IMG/VR virus record: IMGVR_UViG_3300049460_000121
Span: 32,001-96,000 of that record
From: a virus
Lineage: Duplodnaviria > Heunggongvirae > Uroviricota > Caudoviricetes
Length of the DNA stretch: 64,000 bases
Strand: one strand, 5' to 3'
Part shown: positions 48,436 to 57,958 of the stretch, piece after piece
How the letters are laid out: each line of letters begins with the position of its first letter
Position numbering within the stretch: position 1 is the stretch's first letter
The notes under the pieces: generated by a model
What the model was told of the DNA's origin: nothing
What the model saw: the letters and a program-made list of their open reading frames with translations, nothing else
The model's database searches: none
Program-made: the position numbers and the translations under genes

Positions 48436-49719
48436 TTACCAGGAACGGCCAGTTCCACGACGGCTGGTGTAACGGCTATTACGGCCGGTATCCCGCCCAC
48501 CACGGCGACCTTCGTCACGACGGCCACGGCCGCTGTCACGATCATCGTCACGGTCCCGGCCAGAACGGCCCAGGATTTCTGCCAGAGAACGACCGCCGCT
48601 GTCATCACGCTCTTCGTCACGGCTGCCACGATCACGCTCACGATCGCGGTCACGCTCTTCCGGTTCTTCACGACGGCTATCACGCCAGTTACGCTCGCGA
48701 GTACCTTCGTCACGACGGTTGCGTTCACGATCACGCTCGTCGCTGTTGCGGCGAGGACGATCTTCTTCCACCAGGCCCAGGTCATCACCACCCAGTTCCA
48801 GCGCTTCCTTCTTCACCGCTTCATCACGCTCTTTGCCACGGTTACCCGGAAGAACCGGGATAGCACGGCCATGGGTCGCTGCGAAGTTGGTGAAGTCCAC
48901 CAGTTGCTCAGTCCATGCCAGTTCAAACCGCAGACCGGACAGGCTGGAGACAGCTGGGGAGTGACGGTCAATCAACTTGTTCAGGTGAGTGGCCATTGCG
49001 TGGAACGACAGCAGCAACGAATGGAAGTATGGCGCCTCGCCGTCACTGGACGACTTGGTGAATGCCTTACGCTCTTCTTCGTTACCCAGGACGTATTCCA
49101 GCAGGTTGACGATCAGGTGCTTGTCCTTGGTCTTGCGAGCCATCTTCACGCCGAAGAACGTCGTGGTGTCTTCAGCACCAGCATCGTCCATGATCGGGAA
49201 GCTAACCACGCAGCTGCGCAGAGCACCGCCTTCGCCACCGTTCTTGAGGAACAGCGAAACCAGACGTTTCTCAGGAGCAGTACCCAGGGCATTGATTACC
49301 CGGACCAGAGTGTCCAGCGTCTTTTGGTCAGCTTCGACCAGCAGTTGCAGGAACTTCGCCGCATCAGCCTTCAGGCCTTTGTGACGTTTCTGGTCAATGG
49401 CCAATTCCATCAGACCGATGATGACTGCCTTGAAGGTTTCTTTCAGACGCAGCTGAACGTATTCCTTGTAGGCATTCAGGACAGGGCTTGGACCCTGGCT
49501 GATCTGCTCGGCCAACGGAGCGAACGCAATACGCCGTTCCCACTGACCGTCTTCCAGAATGGCAGCGGTTGGCAGGCAGAGACGTTTTGGGCCGATCGTT
49601 ACGGGTTTGGCGATGTCATCTGCCAGATACGACAGGAAACCTTCACCACTGGCGTCGAATACACCAACGTCTTTCAAGACATTGGCTTCGAACTCCAATA
49701 CAACTTCTTTCTTTGACAT
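48436..49719 (-). CDS. nucleus-block conserved protein (phiKZ gp70-like) with an R/D/E tail
   Basis: KRLCLPT, FAPLAE and PYFHSLL motifs; lies between the PicA-like gene and nvRNAP beta. Confidence 0.7.
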   Translation of the reverse strand: MSKKEVVLEFEANVLKDVGVFDASGEGFLSYLADDIAKPVTIGPKRLCLPTAAILEDGQWERRIAFAPLAEQISQGPSPVLNAYKEYVQLRLKETFKAVIIGLMELAIDQKRHKGLKADAAKFLQLLVEADQKTLDTLVRVINALGTAPEKRLVSLFLKNGGEGGALRSCVVSFPIMDDAGAEDTTTFFGVKMARKTKDKHLIVNLLEYVLGNEEERKAFTKSSSDGEAPYFHSLLLSFHAMATHLNKLIDRHSPAVSSLSGLRFELAWTEQLVDFTNFAATHGRAIPVLPGNRGKERDEAVKKEALELGGDDLGLVEEDRPRRNSDERDRERNRRDEGTRERNWRDSRREEPEERDRDRERDRGSRDEERDDSGGRSLAEILGRSGRDRDDDRDSGRGRRDEGRRGGRDTGRNSRYTSRRGTGRSW

Positions 49720-49735
49720 GGGGTATAGCTCCTAA

Positions 49736-51298
49736 TTACCAGACTGGCCGGCCGTCACGACGTCCGCGCGAATCGCGGCTGTCACGGGCGTCCGACACAT
49801 CTGTGCTGAGACTGATGCCGCGGTTGATGTCGACATGGGACGGGGTGGAATCATCACGGGCGTGACGAACACCTTCGGCCAACTTGACGATCTCATCGGA
49901 CAACAGGTCGACGGTTTGGATAGTGTTGCTGAGGGTTGGGGCTACCAACGAGTCAGCGGCGCTGAAGAATGGGAAGTAATGCTCCTCACCCCCGTCAAGA
50001 CTGATCCAGATTTCGATATCCTGGTCAATGTTGGCGTTGATGGTGCAGTCAATATCCATCATGCCACCGTGGCTGATAGCTTGCAGGATGACCGACTCAA
50101 CCGTGGATTCGAAATACTCCAAGGTAGAGGTGGCTTCCAGTCCCTGTACAAACGGCGTGCAGCGCCCAGCCAGTACCCGAGGCTCGCCCATGCGGGCACG
50201 AGTGTTCAGGATGAGGTTGTCAACCTTCGAGTACATGGCGTTGATCATCACCACCGGAAGGCTCTGGGCAATGATGGTAGCTGCCAGGCATTCAGGGGAG
50301 TCCGAGTTCCAGCTACGCGCTTCGGACAGGTTGATGGAGGACTTCCGCATTTCGTACGGCGTGAACGGCATCTGTTCATCTTCATTGAACTCAGGATTCA
50401 TGTCCATGAGCTCGCCAAAGGTGATGTAGCCAGAGTCCATGATGCCGCTGACGCGACGCAACTCTTCCAGGTACGGATCCACGTCCAGGCAGTTCTCAGG
50501 TGCCAGGTCGGAGGCCGAGGCCATGATCAGATCGTCATCTTCACGATCAAGATCGCTACTGCCACGGGCCGAGGTTGCACGGGAGTGTGCGGTCAGGGCA
50601 CGAGACAGGAAGCGGGATGGGTCATTGTTCTCACGGGTCGATGCCCGCAGCTGAGAGCTAAAGGAACCAGTGGTGTTCGTACCGATAGAACCGGACGACC
50701 GCAGATGGCTACCGAATGCAGACTCGGAACCTTTGCGGTTGAACAGATCCATTGGACGCAGGGTCACTGGGGTCAGGTCAGTGCGACGACGCTCGCCATT
50801 AATAGCCGAACGGTTGAGGATCTGGTCATGCGCCTTGATAGACGGCTGCCAGATCTGACTGCCGCCACGGTAAGTGGCTGCTGACATGTGGACGCGAGTG
50901 ATCGAGTTGAAATACATCTTCATCTCAGGATCGAACTTCGCCCGGCCGGACAACTGGCTGTAGCCGGAGTGGTCGGTGTAGCCAACGATGTATTCGTAAT
51001 GGCTGGAGGTACGGCTGGTTTGAATCTCAACCACCATCGCAAACATCAGACGGCGCTCGCCCCAACCACCATCGATCTTTGAATCCATCTTGAAATCGAT
51101 GGACGGAACGATCATGCCTTCGCTTGCAGAGATTGCACTGGCCAGACGCTCGGCGGTAACACTACGACCATCATCGGTCAGGTTAACCACGCGGTCGATG
51201 TCTGACTGGGTGAAGTCGGTGTCGAAGGGACGAATCACGCCCTGCGCGGCACCATTGGTCTCCACCACACTCAATTTCAACAGTTTCATGTTTCCCAC
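49736..51298 (-). CDS. picA: phage-nucleus protein import factor PicA/Imp1 (phiKZ gp69-like)
   Basis: IDGGWGERRLMF, GYTD and DPEMKMYFNS; directly after the gp68-like gene. Confidence 0.75.
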   Translation of the reverse strand: MGNMKLLKLSVVETNGAAQGVIRPFDTDFTQSDIDRVVNLTDDGRSVTAERLASAISASEGMIVPSIDFKMDSKIDGGWGERRLMFAMVVEIQTSRTSSHYEYIVGYTDHSGYSQLSGRAKFDPEMKMYFNSITRVHMSAATYRGGSQIWQPSIKAHDQILNRSAINGERRRTDLTPVTLRPMDLFNRKGSESAFGSHLRSSGSIGTNTTGSFSSQLRASTRENNDPSRFLSRALTAHSRATSARGSSDLDREDDDLIMASASDLAPENCLDVDPYLEELRRVSGIMDSGYITFGELMDMNPEFNEDEQMPFTPYEMRKSSINLSEARSWNSDSPECLAATIIAQSLPVVMINAMYSKVDNLILNTRARMGEPRVLAGRCTPFVQGLEATSTLEYFESTVESVILQAISHGGMMDIDCTINANIDQDIEIWISLDGGEEHYFPFFSAADSLVAPTLSNTIQTVDLLSDEIVKLAEGVRHARDDSTPSHVDINRGISLSTDVSDARDSRDSRGRRDGRPVW

Positions 51299-51309
51299 TC
51301 CTTACTTAA

Positions 51310-52887
51310 TTAACGGACGTGATCATTCAGCTTGATCAGGATTTCAGCCAAGCGATTGCGGACGCTAGGCGAGATATCCAGGTACTCTGAAAGATCAGCG
51401 CGGTTGTATTCTACAGCGAGCTGTTTAGGGCAGTCGATGAACCAATCGGACCGCATGAACTCTTTGATGATCTCTTCGATGCCCCGCACTGCCGAGTTGG
51501 CAATGAACAGTTGATCGTCACGCTTAGGATCAGGCATCAGGTACGGGTTGATAACATCCAACACGTCCCGGTGCGTTTGGCTAACTTTCGCCTTGCTGAG
51601 TTCAGTGGTGATTGCTGATACGTCCTTTCGGGCAGTCAGCATGATGGCCAAGTCCAGGAATCCCCATTCCCAGAGAATCGTCTGCGCTACAGCCATGTTG
51701 TTCTTCAATGTTTCCATGTCGAACATGTCAATCACCACACCGGCGATAACAGTGGACATGATCCAAGCGGCCAGGCCTTTCTGGGCCCGTGTCGGGTTGA
51801 AGTCTTCAATGGTTGCGATGTGAGCGATAGCCGCTTGCAAACGCTCCGGTTGGTAGTTCGGATCGATTGCGGCAGCGCAAGTGTGGTACTCGTTCACGTA
51901 CAGCTGGATGAGAGTCAACTCACCGGCGGTAATCGCTTCCTTCATCTTGTACATCGACCAGACGGAGGAGTTATCCTCAACTGGCCCAGCTCCGCTCTTC
52001 TTCTCGGCGACTTGCTGTTTGAACTCGGTAGCCATGCGGTCAAACCGGCCATCGATATAGTTGTACAAGATCTTCATCAGGTGATCACGCTCACGCTCAA
52101 TAGAGAGTGGGGCAATCGAGAGCTTACGGATAACGGCCAGAGCCAACAGGTACGTCGGGATTTCTTCCGACGACATGAAGTTCAGTGCCGCGGTGATGTC
52201 GTACGTGGTTTCTTTGAGATTAGCCCGAACGTACACGTCCAAGCGAGTAAACGCTGGGATCTTGTAGAACTTGCTGTTCATGATCAACTGGTAGGAGGTG
52301 AACTCCTTCATGTTGATGTTTGACTCTTTGCCTGCGATCGGCAGATAGAAACCCCAGATTGGGATCATCAGACGCAAGCCCAATGCCACAGCCACCAGAT
52401 CGATGTATTCCTGGAGGCGGTAGGTCAGGGACTTGTAGGTTGGGGTGATCTTGTCTTCAGTCACGTAATCGTCCGACAGTTCCTGCGGTAGCCGGATCTT
52501 CGGATTGGTGACGATGAATTCGCGCAACTGGTCGAACTTGACGATATTGTAGATACCGTTGACTTCACGCATGATGGCACGCGTCAGGTCGTCGATGTTG
52601 CAGTCTTTCGGGTTGGACTGAGTAAAGATACCTTCCAGCTTTTCGTAATGCAGGAACAGCTGGTCCTTCTGATCTTCGGACAAGTACTTCTGGAGAAACT
52701 GGTTGATCTCCGCGAACATGTCAAGATGGCTCCCAATCTCATCGTCCTCACGAACGGAAGCATTGGGACGGGCGGTCGAGTAGCCTCCTGTTGGGAAGAA
52801 CAACTCACCTTCCGTACCGGGTTCCCGCGTTAGCGACACCGCGGAGAAACTTCGTTCGGTGTAGGTAGAGATTTTAAATTCCATCAC
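51310..52887 (-). CDS. nvRNAP promoter-specificity (sigma-like) subunit (phiKZ gp68-like)
   Basis: 525 aa; TYRLQEYIDL..LRLMIPIWG and AQTILWEWGF; synteny. Confidence 0.75.
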   Translation of the reverse strand: MMEFKISTYTERSFSAVSLTREPGTEGELFFPTGGYSTARPNASVREDDEIGSHLDMFAEINQFLQKYLSEDQKDQLFLHYEKLEGIFTQSNPKDCNIDDLTRAIMREVNGIYNIVKFDQLREFIVTNPKIRLPQELSDDYVTEDKITPTYKSLTYRLQEYIDLVAVALGLRLMIPIWGFYLPIAGKESNINMKEFTSYQLIMNSKFYKIPAFTRLDVYVRANLKETTYDITAALNFMSSEEIPTYLLALAVIRKLSIAPLSIERERDHLMKILYNYIDGRFDRMATEFKQQVAEKKSGAGPVEDNSSVWSMYKMKEAITAGELTLIQLYVNEYHTCAAAIDPNYQPERLQAAIAHIATIEDFNPTRAQKGLAAWIMSTVIAGVVIDMFDMETLKNNMAVAQTILWEWGFLDLAIMLTARKDVSAITTELSKAKVSQTHRDVLDVINPYLMPDPKRDDQLFIANSAVRGIEEIIKEFMRSDWFIDCPKQLAVEYNRADLSEYLDISPSVRNRLAEILIKLNDHVR

Positions 52888-52913
52888 GGACTCCTAGGTG
52901 AGTGGTCACTAGT

Positions 52914-52936
52914 ATAATGTAGCATTGTAAAGTTTT
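52914..52936 (-). promoter_or_regulatory. putative early promoter for the gp68-gp70-like operon
   Basis: minus strand AAAACTTTACAATGCTACATTAT, then ACTAGTGAC as at the chimallin promoter. Confidence 0.65.
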
Positions 52937-52947
52937 ATCATGAACGG

Positions 52948-52997
52948 GCATAATTTCCTCGATACAGGCCCCAAAGGGACCTGTACCTTAGATCGAG
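52948..52997 (-). terminator. imperfect hairpin followed by TTATGC
   Basis: CTCGAT.ACAGG.CCC/GGG.CCTGT..ATCGAG after the ChmC-like stop. Confidence 0.5.
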
Positions 52998-53022
52998 ATA
53001 CCGTGGTTTACTTGGTTAGACC

Positions 53023-53820
53023 CTAGAAAGGGATATCGTCGTCGAAGCTATCGGACGCTGGGGCCGGTGCTTGTTGTGGACGAGGAGCTTGTTGCTGATT
53101 GCCGCCGTTGTAGTTGTTACCGCCACCACCGCCGTTGTTTGGACGATTGTAGTTGTTACCACCACCGCCACCTGGACGTTGGCCACCGTTGGCCTGAGCA
53201 TTCTGCATGCGCTCAAGACGTTTCTTCTTCTGGAACTCTGGTTCTTTCCAGTTCACCGCGAAGTTGGTGTTGTAGATGTCGCCCAACGCTTTGGCCCAAC
53301 CGGCCGCTGCAACTGGGGAGGTGATCTTCAGAGGAGCCGGCTGGCCGTTCTGAGTGATCGGGTGGAAATCACCTGGCTCGAATACGAACTCGACCAGTTG
53401 CATCTTCTTGGCAGCCAATGCGATGGTAACAACGCCATCGGCGCGCTTCTGAACCTGGGTCTTCGAAATGATGACTCGGTCTTTGGAGCGAATGGACTTG
53501 CCCTGATCGCGGTCCCAGATGAACGGGTGACCCCAGTTCTCGACTTCGAACGAAATCTCGTTAGGGTAGGCCGCTACCTTTTCCAGAAGGATCAGCAGAG
53601 TGTTGAACTCTTTTGGATCCATCGGGCCCTCGATTTTCATCGGGTAGCCTTTCTCGGTTTTCATGCCGAGGTCGACTTCGATGCAAGGGTTGTTTTCGAT
53701 CAACTTGATGCGCAGGCTTGGTGGGTATGCGCCTTCCTGGATTGGTTTGCCATACAGACGCAGCTTACTGTCATCCATGCAGCCTGGGTCACGACGAGCT
53801 TTCTCTGGTGCGTTCGACAT
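53023..53820 (-). CDS. chmC: nucleus-associated nucleic-acid-binding protein ChmC/Imp6 (phiKZ gp67-like) with a G/N-rich tail
   Basis: beta-rich domain, G/N/Q low-complexity linker, C-terminal DSFDDDIPF; immediately upstream of the gp68-like gene. Confidence 0.65.
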   Translation of the reverse strand: MSNAPEKARRDPGCMDDSKLRLYGKPIQEGAYPPSLRIKLIENNPCIEVDLGMKTEKGYPMKIEGPMDPKEFNTLLILLEKVAAYPNEISFEVENWGHPFIWDRDQGKSIRSKDRVIISKTQVQKRADGVVTIALAAKKMQLVEFVFEPGDFHPITQNGQPAPLKITSPVAAAGWAKALGDIYNTNFAVNWKEPEFQKKKRLERMQNAQANGGQRPGGGGGNNYNRPNNGGGGGNNYNGGNQQQAPRPQQAPAPASDSFDDDIPF

Positions 53821-53882
53821 TAATACTTCTCTTGACGAGTGGGGAATAGTGCAGTGCAACTAATGCGCACGACATGTAAAAT

Positions 53883-54740
53883 TTAAAAGCGGTAGAGGTC
53901 TTTCACCAGCGCTTCGAGTGCCGGATCACGATTCTGCTCCACACAATAGATGACGAAGTCTTTCGTCGTCATTGGTGTCCATTTGTTCTTCTCAGACAGC
54001 TCGATCAACTTCTGACGAACCTTGAGATTCATAGGAGTGAACGTGACGTTGTCACCGAACATTTGGACCGTCATCCGGTCAAACGGAATGCGCTCCAGCT
54101 CTTTGCCGTCCTTTAACTTGGTGTTCCACAGGGATGGCGGCTTAACGGCGCCTGTGTGGGATTCCAGCAAAGTCAGGCTGTCAAACTTGTAACGCTCAAG
54201 TAGATCCACAGGATAGTGAGAAATCAACAGCACCTTGCTGTGGACCTCTGGAAACTTCCGGGTCAGGGTCAAATACGGGATATGGCCCTGGTACTCACTA
54301 TCGATCACCTTGAGGACTTGTTCCTCGAAGATGTGTGAAGCTTTCTGCCCTGGTGACGTTGGGACCTTGAGGATCGCCTTGTTGAAGGTGTAGGTCAGGT
54401 CGTTGTAGCTACATTTATAGAAGGCTACATCAAACCGACCATCCCCATGCTCCACGCAGACCGTTTCAATCGCCCGCATCTCATTGACGATGTACTCAGC
54501 CACCGTCTGCTCAGTGAGGTGCTTGCGGTCCTCGGTCTTGATAGAACCCATCAGGTTACGGATCAGTGTCCGCATATTAACCCAGAGGGTGTCGTGGTCC
54601 TGGATAGGCGGGTGAGCGTTGGGGGCGTCTGGGAAGATGCCGATCAACGACTCAATAGCCAGGGACGTGGAGATGGAGATGGGAAACTGACCAACCGCCC
54701 GATTGGTCAAGAGTTCCCGCGAAACTGATTCTAAGGACAT
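53883..54740 (-). CDS. conserved core protein (phiKZ gp66-like)
   Basis: GQFPISISTSLAIE, LLESHTG and QMFGD; synteny. Confidence 0.7.
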   Translation of the reverse strand: MSLESVSRELLTNRAVGQFPISISTSLAIESLIGIFPDAPNAHPPIQDHDTLWVNMRTLIRNLMGSIKTEDRKHLTEQTVAEYIVNEMRAIETVCVEHGDGRFDVAFYKCSYNDLTYTFNKAILKVPTSPGQKASHIFEEQVLKVIDSEYQGHIPYLTLTRKFPEVHSKVLLISHYPVDLLERYKFDSLTLLESHTGAVKPPSLWNTKLKDGKELERIPFDRMTVQMFGDNVTFTPMNLKVRQKLIELSEKNKWTPMTTKDFVIYCVEQNRDPALEALVKDLYRF

Positions 54741-54761
54741 GGGATCACTCCTAATGAGCGA

Positions 54762-54962
54762 TTATTGGTTACCCGGCCAAGTGACGGCGTCGGCTTTACC
54801 GGTGAAGACCATCCAGGCAAGTTTGATGCGGCGGACAATGCCGCCATAGCCCAGTGGTCGTGCTGGAACCCATTGATTCCCAATGTTGACCGAATTACCT
54901 ACCTCACCGGTAGTGGATTTGATCAGTTGGGTCAGGGTGTACAGGCGTGGGGTGTTCTTCAT
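54762..54962 (-). CDS. small phage protein (WVPARP...AWMVFTGKADA type)
   Basis: 66 aa from ATG 54962, ATGA-coupled to the nuclease stop; GGAGG SD. Confidence 0.7.
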   Translation of the reverse strand: MKNTPRLYTLTQLIKSTTGEVGNSVNIGNQWVPARPLGYGGIVRRIKLAWMVFTGKADAVTWPGNQ

Positions 54963-56146
54963 GCAGCCTCCGCGAGGATTCGTTTGATACAGTCGAGTAC
55001 GGGTTTCTCTACATCTTTCACACGCGACCACAGGAGGTCGTTGATCGTATCAGGACGGATAGCCACGATGACTGGCCGTTCGATAAGCTCGGTTGTGTCT
55101 GGCGTGTAGGCATCAGCTTCCACCACCTTGGTCGTGATGTTGAACTGAGGGAACCGGGCCTTGATCTCAGCCAGGGCTGCGTACACGGGATCCTCACGAC
55201 TGATCTCCAACCGGATATGGCTACCGGATGGGAGGTTCTCACGACCCTCCAGGAACTTGTACGCAGCTTTGATCTGCACACCCTTGAGGTCGAAGGTCGA
55301 GAAGATAGTAGCGTCGTCATTGACGATGAAGAGTTCGTTAGCCGCTGTCCAATCTTTACAAATCGTGAACTGGAGGTGGCCTTTGTCCTCCTCCTCATTA
55401 TGCCGCAAACGCTCAGGGGAGCCGGGCACAGTGATTCGCCCACAGGTGGTGTGGGTGTGGTGGTGGCCGATGTAGATCCGCTCTGTCACGATCGAGTGGT
55501 AGTTCTCCACATTGTGGCTGACCACGGTGCGGATTGGCTCTTGGTACGTGAACATGCCGTGCATAAACGCATATTGTACCTGAGGGACTCCACGTTGACG
55601 CAGGAGCTCGTTTACCTGCATCCAGGTAACACTGGCGTCGTGGTTTACTTCGTCCGGCACATAAAGCGCCAGAGGCCCTCCAGCGTACAACTCATCAATC
55701 GCCAGCGTGCCGTAGTACTTGATGTCGAGGTTGATGTTCGACACTTCGTTAATCAATGGCAGCCAACGCGACTGTTTGTTGTCGTGGCTAGGGGTACCTT
55801 CCAGAATCCGTACAGCGACGTTGTGTTTGGCGCACTGACGGAGGAAGATCTCGATCCACCTGGTGATCAGCAATGCATCATCGCTGTCGTAGGTCAATCG
55901 TTTGTCGAATAAGTCACCAGTAATCATGATCATGTCAAGAAGCTTTAACCGCTCCTCGGGGAACATGGTCATCAGGGTCTTGATCACTTTGCTGGCGTGG
56001 ACTCGTCCATGTCCCAAATGGACGTCGCTGATCAGCGCCACGGTATAACCAGCCGCTACTTCACGGATGGCAGCAGTTATACCGTTGAGCTTAACGCGGA
56101 GGATGCGAGTCTCAGTAGATGAGGTCATCGTCTGAGGAGTCGTCAT
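54959..56146 (-). CDS. sbcD: SbcD/Mre11-like metallophosphoesterase nuclease (phiKZ gp65-like)
   Basis: SDVHLG, GDLFD, GTPSHD, MHG, GHHH and PGS motifs. Confidence 0.9.
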   Translation of the reverse strand: MTTPQTMTSSTETRILRVKLNGITAAIREVAAGYTVALISDVHLGHGRVHASKVIKTLMTMFPEERLKLLDMIMITGDLFDKRLTYDSDDALLITRWIEIFLRQCAKHNVAVRILEGTPSHDNKQSRWLPLINEVSNINLDIKYYGTLAIDELYAGGPLALYVPDEVNHDASVTWMQVNELLRQRGVPQVQYAFMHGMFTYQEPIRTVVSHNVENYHSIVTERIYIGHHHTHTTCGRITVPGSPERLRHNEEEDKGHLQFTICKDWTAANELFIVNDDATIFSTFDLKGVQIKAAYKFLEGRENLPSGSHIRLEISREDPVYAALAEIKARFPQFNITTKVVEADAYTPDTTELIERPVIVAIRPDTINDLLWSRVKDVEKPVLDCIKRILAEAA

Positions 56147-56762
56147 GGGTCTCTTCTGGTTGCGGGGCTGGTAGTGCCGCTTGTGTGGTATTGCGTTTCT
56201 TGGCCAGTGCCAGGATCTCGTCAGCTTGAGGTCCGAGCAGTTCTTCCATAGGTATCTGGTAGAACTTGTAAATATCTACCAACAACATAATCGCATCGGC
56301 GCGATGATGCATTTCGGTTTGAGGCTTATGGGCCTCGTAGATACCGTCTTCGATAGCCATCACACCGCGCATGTCGCCGTTGACGATCATATCGGTCTGT
56401 TGCTGTACGATGTGGTGGGTTGTGGTGAAACGACCCTCAGGCGGCGTTGTCTTGAGCTCAATGTCAATGAATGCTGGTGGGCAGACAAACAGCAACTCAC
56501 CGGAATCATTGACGATGTTCATCGGGTTGTTCAGGCCATCAGCCGTGTTCAACCAAACGCCCAGGTCTTCACAGACCTCGTTACGTACACGCTTGCGTAC
56601 GATAGGCAGTATGACCGCCTGGAAGTACTTCTCCCGCACGTTACGGATTCGGGCTGAGCTACCGGCGTTGATCGCGGCAACCGCACTGTCGAAGCCTTCC
56701 AGGCCCCGACGTACGATTTCTTGATAAGTGTGGTCGGCTTGGGCTTGGGTGAATTGGGTCAT
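56112..56762 (-). CDS. conserved hypothetical protein
   Basis: likely start MTQF after AGGA; GELLFVCPP motif; acidic tail. Confidence 0.65.
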   Translation of the reverse strand: MTQFTQAQADHTYQEIVRRGLEGFDSAVAAINAGSSARIRNVREKYFQAVILPIVRKRVRNEVCEDLGVWLNTADGLNNPMNIVNDSGELLFVCPPAFIDIELKTTPPEGRFTTTHHIVQQQTDMIVNGDMRGVMAIEDGIYEAHKPQTEMHHRADAIMLLVDIYKFYQIPMEELLGPQADEILALAKKRNTTQAALPAPQPEETHDDSSDDDLIY

Positions 56763-56778
56763 AAATGAATTCCTGTCA

Positions 56779-56804
56779 AGCTGGAGGGTTTTCACCCTCC
56801 AGCT
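56779..56804. terminator. intergenic hairpin
   Basis: AGCTGGAGGGT/ACCCTCCAGCT; no clear U-tract. Confidence 0.5.
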
Positions 56805-56822
56805 GTGATTGTTACGGCCTAA

Positions 56823-57422
56823 TTACTGAACCGCTGCTGCCACAGTCGCGGCTTCAGAGGATTTCAGCAGTTCTTCAGGACTGGCGCTGTCCAGCTTTTC
56901 GCGCAGAGCTTCGGTAGCCTGGAACATGTCGGTCATGGCTTCCATGTGCGCTTCGATGCCGGCGGCGGTAGTCACGTAGAAGACTAGACCTGGCTGCACT
57001 GCCTGAGACAGAACCAGCTTGGACAGCATTTCCAGAGGAGCAGCTTCCAGAGGCATTGCTTTCCAGACCGGACGGGTCATCTGCACGCCATTCACTTCGT
57101 GCGGTTCCAGGACCAGCTTGCCTTCGGCGTCTTTGGCTTCTTCTTCGAACTTGACGAAGAACTCACCTTCGTTGATGCCGACGGTTGCACGAGCCGAACC
57201 GCGGTAGTAGGTGCCGACTACTACTGGACGGAACTGAGCACGCTCGTCCTTGGCACGACGTTCCTGAACCAGGCCCAGCAGGAAGCCCAACAGGGATTCA
57301 GCCTGGATGGCCTTGTTTTCAGGGATGCTCAGCACTTCGGTCATGGTACCGGCTACGAAGGCACGCAGCTCTTCGGTAGTTTGTGGGAACGCGATCGGTG
57401 CAGGGGTTTGAACTTCAGACAT
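56823..57422 (-). CDS. hypothetical protein
   Basis: AAGGA SD, strong codon bias. Confidence 0.7.
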   Translation of the reverse strand: MSEVQTPAPIAFPQTTEELRAFVAGTMTEVLSIPENKAIQAESLLGFLLGLVQERRAKDERAQFRPVVVGTYYRGSARATVGINEGEFFVKFEEEAKDAEGKLVLEPHEVNGVQMTRPVWKAMPLEAAPLEMLSKLVLSQAVQPGLVFYVTTAAGIEAHMEAMTDMFQATEALREKLDSASPEELLKSSEAATVAAAVQ

Positions 57423-57451
57423 GGTACTTCCTTAATAGGCGGGTTTTTTGA

Positions 57452-57877
57452 TTACGAGGCGTAAACGATGGCACCATTACTAACGTTTACAATGGACTTG
57501 AGGGCTGAATCTCGAGTCGTCAGCGCGTACCCAACACTGGTGCTGGTGGTGCCTGCTGCTGTACTGTCGGTCACCGTCGCCTCAACTTTCAGGTTGATTC
57601 CAGGATCGTCCCCATCGTTCTCGACGGATACGTTCACTGTGGCGCTGGAGAAGAATTTTGCCAGGAATTTCTGGAGTTCCGCTTGAACCTCACCCGGAAT
57701 GGTTAGGTCATCATCCCCGTAGAGTTGAATGATCTTGGCCAAAGAGGTGATGTTGCCACGGTACAGAGTGGTCTGGCTATGTTTTGCGAAGAAGAAACAG
57801 CACATCAGGTAGTCGATCTTGATATCGATATCAGCGATGACCCCTTCCTTGCCTAGTCCTAGGATGCTCGTGGACAC
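57452..57877 (-). CDS. conserved protein, possibly a gp25-like baseplate fold
   Basis: SQTTLYRGNITSL, then helix and beta strands; the fold is a guess. Confidence 0.55.
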   Translation of the reverse strand: MSTSILGLGKEGVIADIDIKIDYLMCCFFFAKHSQTTLYRGNITSLAKIIQLYGDDDLTIPGEVQAELQKFLAKFFSSATVNVSVENDGDDPGINLKVEATVTDSTAAGTTSTSVGYALTTRDSALKSIVNVSNGAIVYAS

Positions 57878-57914
57878 AGGATGATACCTCGGCCATGGAA
57901 TACATCCTATTACG

Positions 57915-57953
57915 ACAAAAAAAGAAAGGGAGTAGGGGAGCCGAAGCTCCCCA
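57915..57953 (-). terminator. cUUCGg intrinsic terminator
   Basis: GGGGAGC-TTCG-GCTCCCC then TTTCTTTTTTTG. Confidence 0.8.
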
Positions 57954-57958
57954 GTCCT

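Noticed and set aside
48480-48770. Repetitive TCACG-rich DNA resembling a repeat array or CRISPR
   Set aside because: Explained by Arg/Asp/Glu codons of the gp70-like tail; no fixed repeat-spacer period
53100-53190. Short GGC/AAC repeats
   Set aside because: Encode the G/N-rich linker of the ChmC-like protein; not a separate DNA element
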